The position numbers and the translations under genes were made by a program. The notes beneath the pieces were generated by a model. It made no database searches. It saw only the letters and a list, made by a program, of their open reading frames with translations, and was not told the origin of the DNA. A DNA stretch of 64,000 nt from Paramecium tetraurelia (Eukaryota), in the NCBI GenBank assembly GCA_000165425.1, contig CT868673.1, positions 62,001-126,000 on the forward strand, written 5' to 3'. Position 1 is the stretch's first letter, and every line of letters starts with the position of its first letter. Positions 1 through 10,274 of this stretch are shown piece by piece.

Positions 1-193
1 GCCAAGTGTAAGTAGCAAAAAATCTCTCTTTTGCTTCTGGATGCATGTTAATGAAAACTCTATATTTATCAATGTCGACTTTAGTCATTAAATCAGGTCT
101 GTTTGGTTGGTGATGACTGGCTTTGAGGTGATGATCACTTGCTCTGAATTTACTCAGATTCACCAATGATCGTACTCCGCTAAACTTTTACAT
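1..193 (-). CDS. 5' part of a probable mitochondrial protein (runs off the window start)
   Basis: ATG at 193. Ciliate-code translation MQKFSGVRSLVNLSKFRASDHHLKASHHQPNRPDLMTKVDIDKYRVFINMHPEAKERFFATYTW has no TGA. The basic, Ser-rich, acid-free N-terminus resembles a mitochondrial presequence. Confidence 0.6.
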
Positions 194-272
194 TATTAAT
201 ATTATTTGATTTAAATATATAAATTTTTATTATTTTAATCATAACATTAAATAAAATTTTTATTGTTCCAAA

Positions 273-1256
273 ATGCATAATTATCGCGGAGTTAGACCGT
301 CTACTGCCAAAATGAACACACTACCTCCAGAGACAGAAAATCTGGAAGAGTACATGTACGATATTTCGAATTAAGGATAGGAAAATACTTTATGATCACT
401 AAAAGGCCTGTGAGAAAGCAGGTAAATATTTGGAGGCTGATTGTGCAAAATAAAGATTGAAAGAACTCAAAGCTAAATACGAATCCAAAACCAAAATAGA
501 TATAAGAGAAAGACATGAATCAGAAGTTAATTTATAATTCATAATATAGAAATATGAACTGACTCAATCACATCAAGAAGAAATGTAAAATTTCAATGCT
601 TTTTGGGATGAAAAAATACAAGAGTTTGAATAAGATGCACAGAAGCTCAAAAATGAACTATAACAAAAATAAGAAGATGAAATGCAGTAATTCCTATAAG
701 ATTTAGAAGGTTCTATTCCATAAACACCTAAAGATTCTGCAGAATTGTTGAGTCTCAAAAAAACTGAAGAGTAATTAGCAAGATAAGAAGAGTATTATAT
801 TCACATCTATCTTAGATATTTGGAAGCACATAAAATACAATCCAGAATAGTGTAGCTTCAGAAGGAAGAACAAGAGAAGTGGGCTTTAATGAGGAACAAT
901 AAAATAAAGAACCTTCTCCAGCAATAAAAGATCAAGCAAAATAATGAAACCAATGTGTTGAATTAGAGAATTGAGAATGCCTAAGAGGAGTAACGAAAAA
1001 TCAAAAAAGCAGAGGAAGAAAAGTAGTCTATATATTCACAATAGGTTAATTTAAAAGTACAATAATGTTAAAAAAGAATTAGAAGGAAAACAACTTTAAG
1101 AATTGTAAAGAGTCGACAAAGACTTTAAGAATACAACCTCTATTTTTGTAACTTCAAAAATGTCCAAAATGGCTTCTCAATCTGGTTCCTAAATGCAAAG
1201 CGAGGACTGTAAACTAATCTTTATATATTCTAGAGTAATTCAAAGGGAAAAATTGA
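273..1256 (+). CDS. Coiled-coil hypothetical protein with several tiny introns
   Basis: MHNYRGVRPSTAK...LEEYMKILYDHQKACEKAGKYLEADCAKQRLKELK...FNAFWDEKIQEFE. The frame is restored by GT..AG introns such as gtacgatatttcgaattaaggatag and 526-549. Ends at TGA 1254-1256. Confidence 0.75.
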
Positions 1257-1383
1257 ATATCAATTATAACATTATTTATTATATTTTACTCCTTCAATTA
1301 TGATCCACCATGAATAGTTTTTAAATATTCTGCTATTCATATTTTTATTCTATAATTGCTTCTCAAAATATAAATAAATTTTT

Positions 1384-3900
1384 ATGATGGAACAATTTAT
1401 TTCATAATTAAGTGATAAGAAATTCAGAAAAGAATTGGAGGAGTTAATTGAATAAAATGATGAGTAATTAGATATTAACATTTAGATAAACCATGGATTA
1501 ATTGATATAAGCTATGAAAAAAATTATGAATGAAAAATACCCTCCAAAGGAATGTCTCTTTGGATTAAAGATTGTTAAAGATTGCATTGAAAAATTTAAT
1601 GATAACTTTAAATTCAAAGTCAAACAACACTTAATGGATTATATCTATTAAGCAGCTATTTACAGAATAAAAGACATGGATGATGCCAGAGGAGCCACCT
1701 ATTTCAAAAACCCAGAACATGATAAGACTGTTGAATAATATGGAGCAAGTTATCATCGTTTAGCATTGGATTGCATACGAGTATGGTCCAAATGGTTTCC
1801 AGAATTTGCTGTCTATGAAAAGAATTTAATCAAAGAAAATGGATATTTACCCTAAATTAACTACTTCAAGCCAGAAGAAATATAAAGGTATATACCCAAG
1901 GCAGAAGCAACTCCAACTCCTTTGGATGAAGCTTAGTAAATTTAAATGAAAGCTTAAGAACTGCAATAGTAGCTCATTAATCTACTTAATACTAATAAAG
2001 ATGAAAATAATGCTGTAATCAATGACTTGGCCACAATTAATGCTTAAGTGGAGGACTTACTGCTTTTAGATGTTTAAAATGAATTTGTGGAGGATTTCAT
2101 CATGACATATCAAGATTATCAAGGAGGGAACCTTAGTTATCAACAATTAAGACAGCAATATATAAGGAATTAGAAATCACAATTCCAATAAGAAGATCCT
2201 TAGATTTAAAATAGAAGTAATGTATTAACATCTAAAGTTCAACAGCTACCTTAATAAATTATCACTTCAGATACTCATCCAAATATTAATTAATCACACG
2301 TTTAACCAGAAAAAAACGAAGACAAAGTGATGATTGAAAATTTAAAATAAATTATCAATTAAAATGATGTCGCAATTGAAACTATTAAATCAGTGTTGTA
2401 ACGTTAAGTACAAATAAATGAGAAGGCAAGCATTGAAAATCATCAGATATAAACTGAAAATTAGAAACTTAATTTGGAGATAAATTCATTAAAATAAAAA
2501 CTATTCGATGAACATTAATATTATTAAGATCATTTATTAGAGTTGCAACAATAAGTGTAACATTATCAAGTACAGCTCGAGTAAACAAAATAATAATAAA
2601 TAATTACATCTTAAGTAAGAGTAGGACAATAATAACAACAAGAAAGACCTATGGAATCTTAAATTGTATTTTAAAATTTGCAAGAAGAACTAGAGAATTT
2701 AAGAGTTGAAAGAAATCTGTTATTGGAATAGCAGAAAATATATTTAGAGAAAAGTAATTAGGCTTGTAGCTAATTGGATTTTATGAACTTAAAGTAAAAG
2801 TATGATGAATTGGATAGCAAATATTTTTTATTAAAATAAGAGAATCAGAAATTAAGACAAATAACACTTGAGTATAATAATCAATAGTCAGCAAATTAAA
2901 GTAGGAATATTGATAGCGTTAACAGGGAAATCGATTATCAGGACGAATATTAAAACCAGAATTTTGTTTTTTACAATTTTAAAGACCCTGATCTTCAATC
3001 CTAGGCCTTATACATCAAACCGTAATCTCAAATTACTAAAGTCAGTTAATCAAGAGATGTTTCATAACTTATTTATCCTCATAAAACTGCCTCTGAATAT
3101 TACAGGGTGCATGGAAAGAAATAGTTCAGAGGAATCCAAATTATTAGAAATTAATTCTAACTCTAATTGAATAGCACTAATATTGTGAATTTTAAGAAAG
3201 CAAGTATAAATTAATTAGCAATCTTATTTTAATCAAATAAAGTTGAGATTAAATCAAGATAATAAATTTTATACGGTAATAACTAACAAGAATTCATATC
3301 AACTACTTTGAGCATTAAAAATAAAGAACTTAAGCCTGTATAGGTCTAAATTATGAATTAACATAAAAATGTATGGGTAAATAAGGATTTGAAGAGTGTG
3401 TTATTATAATCATAATAATAAATAATGTATGAATTTATTCGGGAAGCAAAAATATAAGTTCATTCATAAACTCAATTATCTTGTTCAATTAAGTATTGCT
3501 AATTATTAATTTTATTAGTTTTGAAAATTTTATCTTATACTTACCCAATTTTATCTTGACATCATTAAAGTTTTACTCAACAGAAGCTACTTCTTTCAAA
3601 GAAATCAAGTAATAGTTTTTGGGAAAGGTTTACAAAACACAGCTGCTCCCAATTGTTTGCTTTGATGAATTAAAACAACTTAGCTAAAAGGGAGTATTAT
3701 TGAATAATTGGGATCAAGAGAATGATGAATTGATTACAGAAAGCAAATTTGGATTTAAAGCTGTATTATTGAACCAACTAGAGTTTTATTTAGAATTAAT
3801 TACAACTCCTTGTGATGAGTTTTTGTTTAGAGGGTTCACTTCTTTCGATGAAGACTTATTATAATTCATTCTTAATGGATTAGCAAATTTATTTAGTTGA
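1384..3900 (+). CDS. Putative trafficking adaptor: VHS-like N-terminus, Q-rich coiled coil, alpha-adaptin appendage-like C-terminus
   Basis: N-term ECLFGLKIVKDCIEKF...LALDCIRVWSKWFPEF...NLIKENGYLP follows the VHS pattern. C-term NFKKASINQLAILFQSNKVEI...LYLPNFILTSLKF...FYLELITTPCDEFLFRGFTS...LANLFS follows the alpha-ear pattern. TGA at 3898-3900. Domain calls are by eye. Confidence 0.6.
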
Positions 3901-4505
3901 TTATTATGAAAGATAAATAATTTTTACAAATTGGTTGATTAAAGCAGCTCCTAATTTTCTTTGTTTATTGATTAATTGAATTAAATTATAGTAAAATATT
4001 AAAGTATCACAAGAATCCATTAAGAAAACTATAAATCTTTTGGATTAATTACCAATTATGATTTTGCTATTTTAAATATATTCTACCTAAATAAAATCAT
4101 TTCAAAATGGATATGAATCTGCGATTTCCTCCTGCATCTACTTGAATTCTGTTTATTCTAAATAGTATCTAATATTCGAATGCTTTTATTTCTTTTTATT
4201 TGTAATAGAGATAAGATATAAATAGTATAACAAAAGTAATATTTAAGGTAATTTAAAACTAGAGCTTAGTGATTTTAATTTTGTCACTTGAGGATCAATT
4301 TTATTGAGGTTTAAGAAAACTGACATAATTTTTGATCTCTTATAATTGTAATCAATAAATAATCATTAATTGAATAAGCTATAATTCATATTAATTTAGG
4401 CCATAGTTTTTATTTTATAATTATTTATTTAATTTTATTAAATTAATTTCATTAAAGGACACTTTATAAAATATATAATAATATTTATTTTTTGAAAATA
4501 TCGTC

Positions 4506-5860
4506 ATGTAAGGATTGCAACAAGGTGATTTAATAGGAAAAACGCACAAAGTTAAGAAACCTCTATCCCGAGTTTCCTTTTGCAAAGTGTATTTAGGGAG
4601 AAATATTGAAAATGGTATGAAGGTGGCAATTAAGGTTGAAAGAGAGGAAATGTCGAATTTTTTGACTTTAGAAAGAGATGTTAATTGAAAAGTTATTGAT
4701 AGGTAGAAATTTTGAAGAAATTAAGAGGCTTTCAATAGGTACCTTAATTACTTGGCATGGAAAACATAATGAATTCTAAGTAATGATAACGAAGATGCTA
4801 GGATTTGATTTAATTTACTTCTTGAAAAAATATAAGAAATTCTCAATTGAATGCATTTTTAACATTACTTAGCAAATGATAGAAATGTTAGAAAATATTC
4901 ACAATAAGTATAAATTTAGAGTTATTTTTAAGGAATATAATTCATAGGGATTTAAAATCAGAAAATATTCTGTGTAAAAGACATTCTGACTAGATATATT
5001 TAATTGATTTTGGAATTGCAAAAATTTCTGTAAAATGTAAGAAATAAAGTAAAGTGAAAATTCCATTCAATGGAACTAGTAGGTATGCCAGTGTAACTGG
5101 AATTAGAGTAATCCAGAAGAGATGATTTAGAATCTTTAGGTTATGTTTTGATATACCTTCTCAAATAGAAATTATCATGGTCTAATTCTGAGAAATGCGA
5201 AAATGATCTTTTAGAGAGGATTGGATAATTAAAATATGAAATTAAACCATAAGAACTCTGCCAAGGCTGTCCACAATAGATATTAAAGTATTGATAAAAT
5301 AGAATATTAGCTATATGACTTAAGTAGCAGAATTGAATCATCAATAAATTCCTAATTATTAAAAGCTGAAGTTAATTTTCAATTGAAAATTACTTCTTAA
5401 ATAAAACATTATTTTTGATTGGTCAAATAATTAATTTGTTAATTCGAAAACTAATCAGTTAAAAAACTAATAATAAATAGAGATACGATAGCGTTTAGCA
5501 TATAAAACTGTATCTAATATATTTTATTGTAGATCTTTTGAAAAAACAAGTTCAATACATCTTCATACAATCACTTTTAAAGTTGACTCAAATGCTTCAT
5601 CCTGTTTGAATAGTCAACAATCAAGTAGTGTGTAGAATTCTTTTGGCAGTAATCAAAGTGTGTAGGTTGATTTTTTAAATTCTGAATTTAGTGTACAATC
5701 TTAAAAAAAGAAAACAAACTTTCAACTTTTGATGCATTCATACTCAATGATGATATAATGCCTATCAAAGACTAGTTTCAATTGATGGAATTAGAAAATC
5801 AGGATCTAGAAATTAAGCATAATTAGTTGCATTACCGTTCAGTTTATTATAACATCAAGA
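4506..5860 (+). pseudogene. Casein kinase 1-family pseudogene
   Basis: Kinase motifs VAIKVE, HRDLKSEN, LIDFGIA, GTSRYAS and QSRRDDLESLGY are present. There are frameshifts at about 4752 and 5100, an in-frame TGA at 5292-5294 and a degenerate Gly loop (LSRVSFCKVY). The 3' end is approximate. Confidence 0.8.
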
Positions 5861-6718
5861 ATTCATTTTCCGGAATTTTATCTTTAAAAATAACTGATTT
5901 TTTTAACTTCCTTATATATATTTATATGTGTAAATATATCGAAAATTAAAAAGATTTTCAAACTAAATTTAAGTATAAAATTATCAAATAAATGTCAAGT
6001 CATATAGACAAGCTTTTCATATATTTTTGCTTAAACTGTACATATATATCATTTTAAACTCTGTCTAAACAATTTATGGCAATTATATGAGTTGCTTTAA
6101 TATCAACATTTAAGAAGTCATTTTTCGTATTCTTTCCTTTCATACATCTACAGCTCATTTAAGTTAAATTTAAGAAATAAAAATTATGTACTTTGAAAAC
6201 ACCCTCCCCTTACTGAACTGAAGATTTTCATTCTCTTTTGAATTCAATACTAATTTCAAAGATAATTTTAGTTCTTTGAGGTTAATTTCTAGACTTATTG
6301 TGCTTAGAAATACAAGATGGTGTTGTCAAATGCTCTTAAAGATATAAGAAAAACACTATAAATCCAAAATTATGTTATTTTTTTTCTTAAATTTTTATTG
6401 AGAATAGCACTATATTAAAAATGTAGAAATCTCTCATATATATATTAAATATAATTATATGAAAATGTGATTCGAATGATTTCACTATTAGATTAGAATT
6501 AAGTTTTAAGTTAATTAAAAAGCATTTCAATTGGATATTTTAAATTATCCTGATATGAAGCAAATTTAAGATTCTAAAAGTTATAGGGAAGATTTAGCGA
6601 ATTGGATAATTTTGAGGAATTTGAAAGAAGCATCAGTTACCAATGTTATATATCATATCATAATTTTATATTAAATAATATATATAATTTATACACATAT
6701 ATATATCTTTTGGGAAGG

Positions 6719-7243
6719 ATGAGTGTTATTTTGGAAAGAGGATTGGAGGAATCCCTGGAAGATAATGTTATTTATGCAATAGCCAAGGTTTTGGAAGAAA
6801 TTGTCAAAGAGACAGACATAATAGAAAGTCCAATTTAAACAGTCTTTCACACGAATAAAAAACCTTAAATCTCAATATACAAATATATAGAGCGTATTAA
6901 GATGTACTCTTATTGCAGCAATGAGTGTTTCGTATTGGCGCTGATCTATATAGACAGAGTGCAGGAGAGGAACCAGGATGTTGTTATAAATAGTTATTGT
7001 GTTCATAGGTTGAATTTAGATTAACTATATAGATTTATGTTGGCATGCATACTCATGAGTATAAAATACAACGACGACGACTACTACAAGAATGACTACT
7101 ATTCCAGAGTTGGAGGGATTACACTCCAGGAGCTAAACGCTCTGGAATAGGAACTATTAACACTGTTAGATTACTAACTATTCGTTAGTTAAAATCAATA
7201 CTACTATTACAAGGAAAAATTGATGAAATATGCATAACTATGA
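6719..7243 (+). CDS. PHO80/CYCU (P/U-type) cyclin
   Basis: FHTNKKPQISIYKYIERIKMYSYCSNECFVLALIYIDR...VHR/FMLACILMSIKYNDDDYYKNDYYSRVGGITLQELNALE. One intron at 7009-7032. Confidence 0.9.
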
Positions 7244-7261
7244 TTATATAAATATAATATA

Positions 7262-7792
7262 ATGGAAATGGCTTAGAGATTGGACATAAATTCTTTGGTG
7301 CATTTGAACAATTTCATATTTCTTGTCTTTTCAATTTGCGCGGATAAAATAGTGACAGAGGATTTTCAATGCAACGATTCTGAAGGGATTGGATTTCTCC
7401 ATTTTATCCTTTATGGAAATTTGATAGTGTAATTGCTAAATACATAATTTAGATACGGAATTATATTCATAATACAGTTCTTGAGTGCATGCAATTTATT
7501 GGATACATGCACCAGAAAATTTGGAGCTGTTTGCATAACAATTAATACATTTGTCTTTTTTGGAGGAGTGATTATATTCGATATTATATCAATGCTCTAC
7601 GGAATCAAGCAACATTTCTTTTCAGCGAGATCTAAATGTAGAGAAATCGAACTCTTTACGATGTGCTGTGCCTATATTTTCGTAGTCTGGATGAGTGTAA
7701 TGATAATTGGAGCAATTAACCACATCATTGACTACTTTAAACCAAGAAATGATCTGATATAACCATTAAATAAGAACCCTGCGGTTTTGTGA
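7262..7792 (+). CDS. Small multi-pass membrane protein
   Basis: MEMAQRLDINSLVHLNNFIFLVFSIC..., about four hydrophobic segments, one tiny intron, TGA at 7790-7792. Confidence 0.65.
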
Positions 7793-7819
7793 AAAATAAT
7801 TTATATTAATAAGTCTATT

Positions 7820-9500
7820 TCACCAACACTCAACTAAATATTGTTTCCTCCTTTTTAATTCCTACAACATTTACTCCCCCAAGCACTCTTTGAAAACTTA
7901 CTCAACCTAAGTTGGCATCTTCTTTGATGTTCCAGTTACAATAATCCTAAATTCATCATCAACATACAAAATTACATCACATTTTGAGCATTTTCCCTAA
8001 CAATTTTATTAATTAAATCTCTATTTTCCAAAATTCTATGTTGAACATAAATCTTCTTTTATTGATCTCTACTAAATGCAGTAAATAATGTGATTGCAGA
8101 TTCTTATAGGAATTCTTTATAATAGAATTCCTTATTCTCATAACATGATCCAAAAAATAAAATCGTTTTCTCCTTATTTTTTGCTCCTTACTTCACTCTT
8201 TATTCAATAAATCCAATGAATGGAGCCACTCCAGTTCCTGGTCCAACCATAATTATTGGAATTTCTAATTATTTTGGGAATGCGATGGTTCCTTTTATTA
8301 TTTTCCCCTCAATCTATTGGCCATGTACTAAATTATCAAGATAATTAGAGCAAAATCCTTTGATTGGTCTGTTCTTACCTGTGGTATATGATACTAAGGC
8401 CACTGTTAAGCTTATTTACTCTCCATCATAAGCAGAACTAATTGAATACTATCTCTCCCTTATTAGCTTCAAAGAATCAATTAAGAATTCTAATGGAATA
8501 AAACATGGTTAGAAATCATACAAGACTTCATAAACATTTCTTTTTTCTCTATAAACGTAACTATAATATTCTTCTAAACCTTCAGGTGTTTAAGCACACA
8601 TTTCAGTTAATTTTTATTTATGAATATCTCTTTCTGCATATTGGCTCATTAGTTTAATGAAATATCTATTAGGTGGAGAAGTGATATCCAAACTAAAATT
8701 AATAAATCACTTTCATACAATTCAGAAAACAGTTGTTGAATAGATATAATTTTTGGAATTTTCTTTGATTTTTAGTTTTATTTCTGCTCTTCTAATTTAA
8801 CCCATTTATTTCCATCTAAGTTCAGTATTGCTAAAAATTATGATACTAGCTTATCCTAATTTCTTGGTTTAACACATAAAATATCACCACATTCATATAG
8901 TTTATTACATTTAAAATTATATTGGTAAGTTTCTTTATCATGTTACTCAGCACTCAACCTTTTTTTGTTAGTAAACTCAAAGTCAGACTATTAAACACCC
9001 TTTTACTATCCATAAGTGTCTGTTTACTCAATTTTTATATATTATTAAATGCTGGTCTGAGTCTCGCATTTCTTTACAAGGTTTTCAAACCAAATAACAA
9101 ATTCTGTATCGATTCCACAAGGGTGCTATTCATCCCCAAATGCACTTGGCACAAATTCCTTTGCTGATAATTACAAGAGTCGACTTCTTAATTTTCTAGC
9201 TGCGTAATTGAATTTAGGATAAGAGGAATCTCCAAGTCCAAAAACCGTGAATTCAAGTTTAATTAGAGACTCTTTTGGCAAATCTTTAATCAATAGAAAC
9301 TGCCAAAATTTGAGAATATCAGTAGTCATGTCCCCATCTCCTGTGGTTGATACTATGAAAATGACTCGCTTCTATTCAGGAAGTGTCAAGAAATCGAAGT
9401 CTTCAATCGAAGAGACGATTGCTTTCTCTAAATGTCTACCTACTTCTTCAGCATAAAATTCTGAATTTCCTGTCTGAGTAGCAAAAAGTATTTAAATCAT
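7820..9500 (-). CDS. NDOR1: NADPH-dependent diflavin oxidoreductase 1 (Tah18-like)
   Basis: ILFATQTGNSE, VSTTGDGD, FGLGDSSYPKFNYAARKL, GDEQHPCG, IIMVGPGTGVAPFIGF and a C-terminal VECW-stop. Confidence 0.92.
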
Positions 9501-9535
9501 TTTTAAGGAAAGTTTATGTAAAAGTATAATAAAAT

Positions 9536-10242
9536 TCAATGTTTTGCAGTAGACGGTCTACTCTTTTGCTTATCTAATTGTACAAACTGGGTAATTGAAG
9601 CATAGTTGCCTGGTCCAGGGACTATAATAGTTGCATAGACTGGGTAATACCTCCACTCTTTTTGGATGCTCTAACAGCATCATCAATAAAGCACTTTCTT
9701 TTGGCGCTACCAAATCTACACTTTGTTTTCGTTTGTATAAGTTATGCATTGTATTCTCCAGGCCCTGGGAAAAAAGTTGATTCTGTTGAGAATCTCTCAG
9801 GACCCTTGTTGATAGAGATGCTTCTCTTCTTATGAATATTGGGATCATAAGCACCAGGACCAGGTATTTCTGTGGTATGATAATAGACACCGAATTTCTA
9901 TCCAATAGAGTAGCCAATAGCTTTGTGTGGACTATAATGGTATGATCCTGGACCTGGAACATCGTTATTTTGCATATAGGAACTGTTTTTGACCATGCTT
10001 CTACTGAGTCCAAAGGATGCACCTTTGTTATTTGAAAATGAACTCTTTGGATCATAGTAGCTTTCAGTATAGGCTTGGACTTTTGTGAAATCAAATTTGC
10101 TCCCATATCCGAATCCTGATGCCCGAGTACTCCGAAAATAATTTGGTTCATAATAGTCTGTCGAACAAGGAGTATGTAGTCTTTTAAATCTTTAAGCTTT
10201 AGGGAATGAGTATTGTATTGTTGCTTAGACATGTTGAGACAT
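9536..10242 (-). CDS. SHIPPO/PGPG-repeat (ODF3/STPG-like) ciliary protein
   Basis: Repeats VPGPGSY, IPGPGAY, FPGPGEY and VPGPGNY. The last repeat is restored by splicing a 29-nt intron at 9622-9650. TGA at 9536-9538. Confidence 0.85.
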
Positions 10243-10274
10243 TATTTTTAATATTAAAATAAAGTGGAACTCAA

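Noticed and set aside
4268..4323. Possible C/D snoRNA (GTGATTT...CTGA) with ttgtcact complementary to SSU rRNA
   Set aside because: The C box is degenerate and complementarity is only about 8 nt.
293..9560. Identical 15-mer tagaccgtctactgc at 293-307 (+) and 9546-9560 (-), partly palindromic
   Set aside because: Both copies encode the common RPSTA peptide in frame and the flanks show no similarity. Coincidence is sufficient.
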